Below the pieces are notes generated by a model. The model worked only from the letters and a program-made list of their open reading frames with translations. It was not told the DNA's origin and ran no database searches. The position numbers and the translations under genes are program-made. DNA of 64,000 nt from Heptranchias perlo (lineage: Eukaryota): positions 2,418,001 through 2,482,000 of the forward strand of contig NC_090363.1 in NCBI RefSeq assembly GCF_035084215.1, read 5' to 3'. The first letter of the stretch is position 1, and each line of letters starts with the position of its first letter. Of the stretch, positions 11,265 through 22,700 are shown in pieces.

Positions 11265-12425
11265 TGCAGTTCAAGGCATTTGATAAAGTCCCACATAATA
11301 GAGTTGTTAGCAAAATTAAAGCCTATGGGATTAAAGGGACAGTGGCAGTGTGGATACAACATTGGCTAAGGGACAGAAAGCAGAGAGTAGTGGTGAACGG
11401 TTGTTTTTTAGACTGGAGGGAAGTACACAGTGGTGTTCCCCAGGGGTCTGTATTAGGACCACTGCTCTTTTTGATATATTTAATGGCCTGGACTTGGGTA
11501 TACAGGGTATAATTTCAAAGTTTGCAGATGACACGAAACTCAGAAATTTAGTTAACAATGAGGAGGATAGTAACAGACTTCAGGAGGACAGAGACAGACT
11601 GATGAATGGGCAGACACATGGCAGATGGAATTTAACGCAGAGAAGTGCGAAGTGATACATTTTGGTGGAAAATGAGGAGAGGCAATATAAACTAAATGGT
11701 ACAATTTTAAAGAGGGTGCAGGGACAGAGAGACCTGGGGATGTGTGTACACAAATCTTTGAAGATGGCAGAACAAGTCAATAAGGCTGTTAAAAAAGCGT
11801 ATGCGATCCTGGGCTTTATTAATAGAGGCATGGAGTACAAAAGCAAGGAAGTTATGCTAAACCTTTATAAATCACTGGTTAGGCCCCAGCTGGAGTATTG
11901 TGTCCAATTCTGGGCACCACACTTTAGGAAGGATGTCAAGGCCTTAGAGCGAGTGCAGAGGAGATTTACTAGAATGGTACCAGGGATGAGGGTCTTCAGT
12001 TATGTGGAGAGACTGGAGAAGCTGGGATTGTTCTCCTTAGAGCAGAGAAGGTTAAGGGGGGATTTGATCGAGGTGTTCAAAATCATGAAGGGTTTTGATA
12101 GAGTAAATAAGGAGAAACTGTTTCCAGTGGCAGAAGGGTCGGTAACCAAAGGACACAGATTTAAGGTAATTGGCAAAAGAGCCAGAGGGGAGATGAGGAA
12201 AGAGCGAGTTGTGATGATCTGGAATGCGCTGCCCGAAAGGGCGGTGGAAGCAGATTCAATAATAACTTTCAAAAGAATTGGATAAATACTTGAAGGGAAA
12301 AGATCACAGGGTTATGGGGAAAGAGCAGGGGAGTGGGACTAATTGGACAGCTCTTTCAAAGAGCCAGCACAAGCACGATGGGCCGAATGGCCTCCTCCCG
12401 TGCTGTACCTTCTATGATACTATGA
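11265..12425 (+). mobile_element. CR1 LINE 3' fragment
   Basis: [33 protein letters not shown], frameshifted; TTCTATGA tail. Confidence 0.9.
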
Positions 12426-12437
12426 ACTTTCCTCCAG

Positions 12438-13124
12438 TAGCAGCCTCTCTGACTCTGAACGCAGACATGGCGCATCGTGAGCTGCTCTTGGCGGAGGTCC
12501 TGACCCGCGTGAGGCGTGCGGACACGTTGCAGAAGCTTCCGGGCAACCAGGAGAGCTTTCATTAATGTGTCAATACCTTGGGATCTTTAGGAATCACAAC
12601 AGGGAAGCATTGCTGGGAGGTGGAGCGAGGCTTGAGTGGGACGCGAAGTGTGGCCGGGAAAAGAGAACACGAATCTGACTCAATTCTGGACTGACAACCG
12701 GAAGTGAATATCTCTCTGGTCCCTTGTCTTCTACCCGACAAAACTAAACCTCCGGCTTGCCCCTGGACTATGAGGGCGAACAGGTGTCATTTTACAATGC
12801 GGATAACGGGTGATTTTAACCCCCAAGAAGAGGTGGGTTGGGGGCGGGTGGGAGTTGAAAAGAGTTGTTTTTTGGGTCGCGCCCGCAACCCGGCTTTATT
12901 TCTGGATTCAACCTGGGCGCGTAAAATTCCAGACTTCCCACTGGGAACGCAAAGTCCCCCCAAAAAAACAACTGTTTTCAACTCCCACCCGCCCCCGACC
13001 CACCCTTTCTTGGGGGTCAAAATCACCCCCAACATGTCCCATCTCCACTCTCTCACTGCGAAACCCTTTCTTCAGTCCCGGCGTGAGAGGTGGCGAAAGA
13101 AACCCAGAGCCGCTGACAAGCTAA
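12438..13124 (+). pseudogene. Orphan PRY-SPRY (TRIM exon 6) pseudo-exon
   Basis: ccAG|..AASLTLNADMAHRELLLAEVLTRV...PGNQESFH*; remnants of GKHCWEVE, LDYEGEQVSFYNADN, MSHLH and PFFSPG...NPEPLT. Carries a stop, deletions, frameshifts and a MITE insertion. Confidence 0.85.
12808..13030. mobile_element. MITE (PIF/Harbinger-type) inserted in the PRY-SPRY pseudo-exon
   Basis: Long TIRs GGGTGATTTTAACCCCCAAGAA...TTCTTGGGGGTCAAAATCACCC. 3-bp TSD AAC; removing the element restores ...GAT AAC ATG TCC CAT. Confidence 0.85.
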
Positions 13125-14399
13125 CGGTTTGAAGGCCATTTACCGTAAAGTGCCCGCTTGAATCCGTTCAGCTTCCCCTTGCTCCCTTATTTCCGCGTGT
13201 TACAATCCCAATAACAAAACAGTACCGAGGGAGCACAGTCCAGCGGCAGCCGCCAATGGTCTTACTGTCCTGAAATTCAATTAACAAAATATGTCACAAA
13301 ACAATCTCAATTGTAGGTCCGGGAGTTTATTTTTGACATTCAGACAATAATAAACTGGTTCATTTAGATGTTCGCCTTTATTTTTGTATCTTTTAGCTCC
13401 TCCGGTATCCGGACATTGTCTTACTGATATCTCTAGGGGGCAGGGTTTCAGCACTGAAAATCAAATTATTGTAATAGTTTAACCATTTACACGGCAGAGA
13501 GTAACTACCCCCACCGTAACAATCTCCCCCTTCCCGCGGGGTGATTGGCAGCACCATCACTTGTCCGCAGGCGCTTCTGTTAAACCTCCAAGCTTCCCTC
13601 ATGGGATTGGTGCTTTCTTTGCGGTCGCGTTATTCCCAGGCTGTAAATTTACTGCCCGCGATGTTTTCTAAAGCGTCGCTGTCAAAACTAAATCACCGGG
13701 TGTCATTTTGATCGGTTACGCGGTAAATTACACAAGTGTTGGAGAGGGCAGGTTGACCTGACTGCCAGGCCACCGCGGACATTCTCTGCCGCCGATTGTG
13801 GGATGGGAACCTTTCTAGTCATTAGCGGGTGACTGTCCGCAGGAGTCTCCCCCCCCTCCCCCCCACTGCGTGTCCGCCGTAACTTCGGCGGATGAGGCAG
13901 CAGAAACTCAGGGGGAAATTGTAAATGACGTTTGACAGATTTCCGCGCTCTTCCGGCGAAGTTACGGCGGACAAGCGGAAGCCCCCCCCCCCCCACCCAG
14001 AAACCCACGACTATTTCTGGCCAAATGGCAAACCTGTTCCATGAAAATGCTCCCAAATGGGACAGCTGGGATAAAGCTTAACGCAACATTCCAAGTTGTT
14101 GCGATTGAAATGGCCGTTTCAAATGAAAGCAGATGGGCAGCTACAGCATAGCTGCGCCCACACCAGGAATATCCTCGGGGTGGGGGAGGTCTCTCGATCA
14201 ACCGTCGTAACTTCGGCGGAGACTCCTGGTAGACCAGGTAAACATGGGTTCTGACGATCTGTCTGCGAGGGAAAGAACCCCCTGAGGAAATTCGCAACGG
14301 GGAGTTTAGCAGATTGGGGGGTCCATATGCATCAGTCCCAATGCCTCCTCCATTCCAACTGAACTAAAGTCAGATTATAACTTCATCCTTTCATTTAGA

Positions 14400-14875
14400 T
14401 TTTTAAAAAATCATTCTTGCGGATTTGGGCCTCGCTGGCGAGGCCAGCATTTATTGGCAATCCCTAGTTGCCCTTTGAGGAGGTGGTGGTGAGCCGCCTT
14501 CTTGAACCGCTGCAGTCCGGTGTGATGAAAGTAACCCTACAATGCTGTTAGGTAGGGAGTTCCAGGATTTTGACCCAGCTGCAAGGAAGGAACTGCGATA
14601 TATTTCCAATTCCGAATGGTGTGTGTGACTCGGAGGGGGACTTGGGGGCGATGGTGTTCCCGTGCACCTGCTGCCCTTGTCCTTCTAGGCGCTGGAAGCC
14701 GTGCGTTTGGGAGGTGCTGTCGAAGAAGGGTTGGCGAGTTGCGGCGGTGCATCCTGTAGATAGTGCACACTGCAGCCACGGTGCGCCGGTGGTGGAGAGA
14801 GTGGATGAGGTGCCAATCAAACCAGCTGCTTTGTCCTGGATGGTGTCGAACTCCTTGCATGTTGTTGCAGCTGCC
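14400..14875 (-). mobile_element. Zenon-like (CR1-group) LINE 3' fragment
   Basis: Same family as 43062-44825 (HSLHHRRTVAAVCTIYRMH). Confidence 0.75.
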
Positions 14876-17319
14876 CCTTCATTCCATTGTGATGGTTACT
14901 TGATCATTTTTTCCCATGTGTACCGGGTAAACGCTCTATCCTATTGGAGACACGTTTGCCCTCTGACTTATGTTGCGGGGAGTGACCTGAGCCAGGAAAC
15001 AGTAGGGATGCTGCAATTAACCTCAAAGACCCTGAGCGAGGAAGTGATTAAATCAGCCCAAGTTTGGCGCTCCTGACTTCTGTCCGATGACATGTGCTGG
15101 AAATTGTACACGTGGAAGTCGGTTGAGGACAAGTTGGGGCTCGGCCCGGATGACCGCGTCCCGTTAACCCGTTGAATGACTCGTATGACTCGCATGTGAT
15201 GTGCGTTCACTTGGCCGAGGTACCCGAACACAGCGGGCCTGCTAAACCAGACCCCGGCACAAATCAGCTTTTTCAAGAGGGGTTGAACATTGCGGGGGAA
15301 TAGGGATTTGATTCTTGAGGTTTTGATGCAAGTCAAACTTTCCGGCAGCTTTTAGTATAGCCTCTTCATTAAAGAAAAAGCACCAAAAGTTGACAGCAAA
15401 ATAGGATGTCACCAACAATTGTGGTTAGGTTTTTCGTCTTTGTTGACTGGACGTTAAACATCTCCTGGGCAGAATGGAGAATGTAGCGAGCAAGATTGCA
15501 TGCCAGTAACGGAAGCCACCTGAATTTACCTTAATACAATAAACATCAGGCATGCTCTGAAAGGGCAGTGCCAACGTCCCCGCTAGAGTTTCCATTCTGT
15601 GCTCTGCCCAGTTGGTATAAATGAAAATTTACCCCCCGTGTTTTCATACAATGTCGTGATGATAGAAGAACCGCCACTTCTATTCATGATTTGACTGAAT
15701 AGAAATGACTGGAACTCTCTGGTGACACCCAACTGTTCAGCAGTAACCTCCACTCAATGAAGGTTTGCAGAATATAAACTCCAGTGACAACCCACACCAG
15801 CCAAGTGCACAGTTCCTTAAAAGGTTTGAGCTCTTTAGAAAGTGCGCGTGAGAGGGTTCCTAAAGATTCTTTTCGAAATGGGAATCTGTTTTCTGTTGAA
15901 GGGAACTTCTCGGACTGCTCGGATTGGTCACTGGAGAAGATATTCCGTTTTCACCTCCCCACTGTGTTACTCCCTCCTCTCCCAAAAGCGCCGACTCGTC
16001 TCACGAGGCGGTTCCACAGAAGAGTGTGGCCCTGGCCCCCTGAGCCAAGTAACTGCTCTTCGTGTCTGAGACTGGGAGTCGAGTCTGGGCAACCTGTTGG
16101 ATGGTGGTGTGCGCGTGTGCGGGAAGGGGGCAGGAATCGCGGGCCCAGATCGATCCTGTCCTCACCTGGAGACAATGAATCGACGCGGGAAACCCTTCCA
16201 CCTCCAGGACCTCTGGGGGGTAACTTGTAGTCCCAACTGTTGCCTCACTTGAGATCAACTAACCGAGCACTGAGCATGCCTAGAAACTAGGGCCTTTCTG
16301 CTCAATATGGCCAGTTTCGCATTGACCAACCTAGCCACTAGGGAGCCCTGATTCTGTGTTGTTTGAAAAGTCATAGGCAGAGCTCGCTACAGACATGTAT
16401 GGTAACAGAGATTGACTCATCGATCCAGTTAGCTTGGCCAGAGTGTTCGGCGTTGAGATAAAGTAACAGAATGTTACCACCAGCCGCATTTTTCAAATTC
16501 CAATTGTGTGCCGGAATAGTTACTTAGAAATCACAAGGACAGTCAAGGTGAATGAAAACTTCCAGTTGACCTCCGCAGATTAGAAACCATGTTTCAATAG
16601 AGTTGAAAAAACACGCAGTCAGCAAATGGAAAACACTGCCGGAGGACTGTGATTCAGAATTCAATTCGAATTGTTCAGAACAAGTTCGATAACCTCCCCG
16701 GTATTCACAGAGAGTTCCACAGATTTCCTGTAACGTAACTTCAATGCAATGTTTCAAAATTCCTTTCTTAAAATCGAGTGACCTTCAAAGTAGTCAATTC
16801 CCCGAAACATGAACTTGATATAAGCTCATCTAAATCGTGTTGAAACGAATTGCGAGCAAACTCCGCCAACGCGCCAAATAAAAAGGGGAAAAGCAAAGTG
16901 CGAACGCTGGAAATTTTAAGTGAAATCAGAAACACCGGAAATACACAGGTGTGTCAGCACTTGCGCGCAAAAAAGACAGGTTAATTGTTGAAGTGTCGAA
17001 CTTTCCAGTGTCACCGGACCTACGGAACCTACCAATCAATAACATAAGTGGAAATGTAGCAGCACCGGTAGAAAGTTGGTTGAGGGGTACAAAATAAAGC
17101 GCCAGTCCCACTGGGTTATGCTGTATTGTAGGAGGGTCACTGCTGAGTCCACTTTTGCTCTCGGTGTGTATAGGTGATTTGGACATGGACGCAATAGAAC
17201 CACAGACGTTAACAGCATAGAAGTGGGCCATTCGTGTCATGGTTTCTGTGCCAGCTCCTTTCTAGAACAATCGAAACCTAATCCCATTGCCTACTTTTCC
17301 CCCCAATTAACTGACCACA

Positions 17320-18100
17320 CAGGGTAACACAGGCAGAAGGGTGGGGTAGCCAGAGGAGTGGCAGGTTTAATTTAATGGGGAGACGTGTGATGTGATGAAT
17401 TTTGGGAAGGGAATACGAGGAGTGGGAGGCGTGCAGTCAATGGGAAGATTGAGAAAAGTGTGTACAAACAAAAGAGACCTGGAGATTTAAGTACATAATT
17501 CATCGAGAGTGTGAAATCAGACAGATAAAAACCATTTAAAAAAAGGCCAATAGCATTTTAGGTTTTATAAATGGGGTTGTATAATACGAGAAGAAAGAAG
17601 ACCCATGAGGGATCTGTACAAGGCAACACAGCTAGAGCACTGTGTACATTGTAGGAAGGACATGAAAGCCATGGAGAGCGTACAGCGTAGATTCACCAGG
17701 TTAGCAAACTAGTTATGAGGAGGGAGTTGAGCTGCAGGGATTATTTCCACTGAAGCTGGGGAGATTTAATAGAATTGTTTTCTAAATGAAGGGTTTTTTT
17801 TTATTGTGAACAGAGAAAAACCATTTCCTCTGGTTGGGGATTCCGTGACTTGGTTGGTCAATTTAAAATCCTCAAGGACGTAAACAGAAATGTCTTTACT
17901 CAGAGAGTTGTTGAACTATGGAAAACCTTTGCTAGGATGGGTGGTCGTGGCAGAGACCATTGCATCTTGAAGGGAAAACTGGATAAATGTTTGAGGCACA
18001 GGGCTATTGGGAGAGGGCAGTGGGATTAGCTCTGAACTGCTCCAGCAAAGAGCCGACTCAGACATGATCAGTATAATGGCCTCACTCTGTGCCGTTCTAA
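17320..18100 (+). mobile_element. Old, degraded CR1 3' fragment
   Basis: Decayed similarity to the CR1 RT C-terminus and 3' UTR seen elsewhere in the window. Confidence 0.55.
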
Positions 18101-18169
18101 ACGAGGGTTCAAGCTACTGATGCTTTTTTTTCCTTAGAGTAACAAATTTAAACTTAATTTCAACAGATA

Positions 18170-18595
18170 AAGAAGCTGGGATTGTTTCCCTTAGAGCAGA
18201 GAAGGTTAAGGGGAGATTTAATAGAGGTGTTCAAAATTATGAAGGGTTTTGATAGAGTAAATAAGGAGAAACTGTTTCCAGTGGCAGGAGGGTCGGTAAC
18301 CAGAGGACACAGATTTAAGGTAATTGGCAAAAGAACCAGAGGGGAGATGAGAATGTTTTACGCAGCGAGTTGTTCTGATCTGGATTCACTGCCTGAAAGG
18401 GCGGTGGAAGCAGATTCAATAATAACTTTCAAAAGGGAATTGGATAAATACTTGAAGGGAAAAGTTTGCAGGACTCTGGGGAAAGAGCAAGGCGGAGTGG
18501 GACTAATTGGATAGCTCTTTCAAAGAGCCGGCACAGGCAGGATGGGCCGAATGGCCTCATTCTGTTGTGTAAAATTCTATGGTTCTATATGATAT
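18170..18595 (+). mobile_element. CR1 3' fragment
   Basis: [19 protein letters not shown]...; same subfamily as 11265-12425 and 57030-57950. Confidence 0.85.
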
Positions 18596-19335
18596 AAGGA
18601 CTTACTGTGACTTTTCCCGCTGTTTGAGCGTTTAACGTTTTGATGAATACACTCAGGCCGGGGATGGGGGGGGGGGGGGGGGTGAGGGGGGATGGGGAGG
18701 GGGAAGTGGGGGGCTCCTGATCTTCCACCGAATTTAAACCCAGCGCATACTGGATATCTTAGGCTCTGAAATTCCGCGGGGCTACTTTCGCTCTCTTGCG
18801 GCAACTTCAGCGGTAGATCTGCGGAGCCCCCAGAGAAACGACGTGAGCGGCCTTTTTGCACCGCCCCGAGCAGCAGCGGATGTCTGGCGGTAGCGCCGCG
18901 GAATCAGAGCCGTGATTTTACGCCAATTTACCATATCCCCCCCCCCCCCCCCGACACACACACACACACTTCAGTGAACGGAAAATCGCAGGCTGGCCAG
19001 CAACAAGAACACAAAAGGGAACTGCATTGAACTCAATCGGCCACATCGCTCCGCCCCGGGGATACTGGTATTGGAGAGAGGACCTTCCGTTCCATATATG
19101 GACAGAACGCAAGTCGCTGGTTGCTTGAAGAATATAACAAGTGTTTTATTCCACCCACGCGCCAGGGAAAATCGCGCGATAAGGTGCAATTCTTGCCCTG
19201 ACAATCACACTGAAAGCCACAAGCCTTCGGCGCTCCACCAACAGTTATTACTTCTGATACCGCCACGGGGAACTGCGGAAGCAGAGCGACGCTGGTAGTC
19301 GATGCAGCTTGAAGCAGCAATCGCCGATGCCGATG

Positions 19336-19755
19336 ATGGCTTCGGGACATTCCACCCTGAGTGTGGAAGATGAACTAAACTGCCCCCTTTGCTTCCAGCT
19401 CTTCGCCGATCCGGTTATACTGGACTGCGGCCACGATTTCTGCCGGGAGTGCATCACCCAGTACTGGGAAAAGGAGAATAACGCGCTTTGTCCGGAATGC
19501 GGCCAGGTCTTTGGGGACAGAAGCCTGAAATCCAACCGGGCGTTGGGAAAGCTGGTTAAAAAGAGCAGAAATCTCACTCTGAACCTCAAAGTGAGGGGCA
19601 ACAAACCTTACTGCATCGAACACGAGGAAGAACTGAAGCTGTTTTGTGAAACGGACAAGAAACTGATCTGTGTGATGTGTCTGGACAGGAGAGACGGACG
19701 GAGCCATAAAGCCCATAATTTCATGCTGATTAACGAAGCTGTCGAGATCTACAAG
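19336..19755 (+). CDS. TRIM-B exon 1 (RING + B-box2)
   Basis: [19 protein letters not shown]...EAVEIYK|GTAAGA. Confidence 0.92.
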
Positions 19756-22700
19756 GTAAGAGGGCGACCGAGGCTTCACGGTGCGCTTGCTTTTAATTTG
19801 CGTCATTGAAACATAATCCCCGCTATGAATTTCGATTTTAATTTCAGGAAAAAATGAAGCTGAGCCTACATTCTCTGAAGCAGAAGAAATCCTATTACCA
19901 AGAGTTTGAACTCAAACAACAGGAAAAAATCACAGAAATCAAGGTAATTTCTCACTTGTCGAACCGTTTGACTCCGGTTGGTTTTTTGGTCCGTTCCTGT
20001 CAACTGGGTTAAATTGAGCACTTTTTCTTTTGTAGGATCAATCGAACAAACTGCAGGGCCACATCACAGTCGAATTTTCTAAAATGCGCGGCGTTCTGGA
20101 CGAAAAACAGCAGATTTTATTCACGGACCTTACGGCGCAAGAAAGTGATGTTTTGAGCAGGATGGAGATGAATCTTCGAAAAATTCAAGACAATTTAAAT
20201 CGCACTCAGCAAATGTTATCAAACGTGCAGAGACGATTAGACCATCACGACGTGTACACCTTGTTGAAGGTGAGCGGATTGTTTGGCAGGTTTCCTGGAC
20301 AATCATTAACAATCCAAAGGCTGCCAATGCGCACAGCGGACCCGCTAATTCCGCGGGGCTCCTTCCCATCTCCCGCCATGACTCCGGGAGACCGGGTCAA
20401 CCTCGGCGGAATTCCCAGGCCGTTTCTTTTTGTAAACGCGATCACATTCGTTCGTTAAAAAATAAACAGAAACGCAAATGCAAAGCCACATCCTCACTCA
20501 GCGTGTGAAGAGGGAATCAGGTTAATTTTTGTTTTTTGTTATTTTCATGGGGTTTGTGGACGGGACCTGACCCTCAGTACTGATTAACCCGCCCTCCCTT
20601 TTCAGGTATTGATAACTCAGTTGTGCATTTCCAACTATTTTGTTTTCCGATTTCCAGTATTGGGAGTTTTCTTTGAAAAAAAAGAGAAACTGCTTATATT
20701 AGAAATCATAATTAAAAATGTTGCGGGTGAAATTGGACACGGACGGGGACACTCAACAAGCGATTCGCATTGAGGGACTGTTATACCGATACCAAGAAAC
20801 ACAGAAAGTTAGCATGCAGGTACAGCAAGTAATTAGGAAGGCAAATGGTATGTTGGCCTTTATTGGAAGGGGGTTGGAGTACAAGAATAAGGAGGTCTTG
20901 CTACAATCGTACAGGGCTTTGGTGAGACCCCACCTGGAGTATTGTGTACAGTTTTGGTCTCCTTACCTAAGGAAGGATATACTTGCCTTAGAAGCGGTGC
21001 AACTAAAGTTCAGATTGCTTCCTGGGATGAAAGGGTTGTCCTATGAGGAGTGGTTGAGTAGAATGGGCCTGTACTTTCTAGAGTTTAGAAGAATGAGAGA
21101 TGATCTCATTAAAACATTTAAGATTCTGAGGGGGCTTGACAGGGTAGATGCTAAGAGGCTGTTTCCCCCGACTGGAGAGTCTAGAACTAGGGGGCATAGT
21201 CTCAGGCTTTTTAAAAAATATTCATTCATGAGATGTGGGCATCGCTGGCGAGGCTGGCATTTATTGCCCATCCCTCATTGCCCTTGAGAAGGTGGTGGTG
21301 AGCCGCCTTCTTGAACCGCTGCAGTCTGTGTGGTGAAGGTTCTCCCACAGTGCAGTTAGGAAGGGAGTTCCAGGATTTTGACCCAGCGACGATGAAGGAA
21401 CGGTGATATATTTCCAAGTCGGGGTGGTGTGTGACTTGGAGGGGAACGTGCAGGTGGTGTTGCTCCCATGAGCCTGCTGCTCTTGTCCTTCTAGGTGGTA
21501 GAGATCAGTATAAGGGGTCGGACTGAGATGAGGAGAAATTTCTTCACTCAGAGGGCTGTGAATCTTTGGAATTCTCTACCCCAGAGGGCTGTGGATGCTC
21601 AGACATTGAATATATTCAAGACTGAGATCGATAGTATTTTGGACATTAACGGAATCAAGGGATATGGGGATCGGGCAGGTTGAAGATCAGCCATGATCTG
21701 ATTGAATGGTGGAGCAGGCTCGAGGGGCCGAATGGCCTACTCCTGCTCCTATTTCTTATGTTCTGATATGACGCGCTCAACATCCAGTTCTATTGAATAT
21801 TGGACGTGTCGTATAATGGTCAGTAACCGTGATTCCGCTTGTTGTGTCCCCGCCCACTTCTAATTTCACCCCCCCCGCCCCCCGTTGAACGTACACAACA
21901 GGTTAATCAAGAATCTGAAACAGAGCTACAAGTTGGTCGGTTCTACCCAAGTGTCTACAGTGGAAAAACACACCTGTCTTTTCCACTTACAGATGCTGAC
22001 GTCTCTGTTGCAAAATTGCGAGAATTGCTTGCGTCCATTCCTTTTTAGTTCGGTTGCTTTATTCGTTATTGTGCTTGTGGCAAGTCTAACCTCATTACAC
22101 CGTCTGCGGGAGATCTGAATGCCTAGACACTGTTACAAATCACGTGGGAATATGCTGGCGTTTAGCTTTTAAATGTGTAGGTTGGGCAAATAATTATTGT
22201 TCCCCTTTAATGTAGCATAGCATCAAGTTAGTTACATTTTTGTGTGCTTTTGATTGAGTGTGCAAGGTCAAGTGAGTGTGAGAATGATTGCCACTCTTTT
22301 TGAGTGGGACTGAATTTACATCATTGTAACAAATAAGTCTTTACATACAGATCTTTCGAAGTGGCTGGGCTCTTCCAATGGCGTTGGGGAGTATTTGCTA
22401 TTTTTCTATTGACTCCTGTGCTCTATTGTGCTGTACGGTTGTGTGTTCTTCAGTCTGGTGTAACTTTACCTTCTTCTGTGAGCTCATGATGCCTTTTTTT
22501 TGTTCTTTAGGACGCTCCGCTTGACGACAAGAGGTATGACACGTTCTTCACAGAAACTCTGCATAATCATAAAGTAACAAATTGAAGTCCTTGTTTTCAT
22601 CTTATAATTGTTAATTGTTTCGTATTTGCATCATTAGTGAAGATGATTATCAACCTACGATAGCTGAAGGCAATCTGCCGATCGGAATATTCCAAGGACC

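Noticed and set aside
20270-20458. ORF continuation past TRIM-B exon 3
   Set aside because: A GTGAG donor sits at the conserved 234-nt boundary, so the remainder is intron read-through
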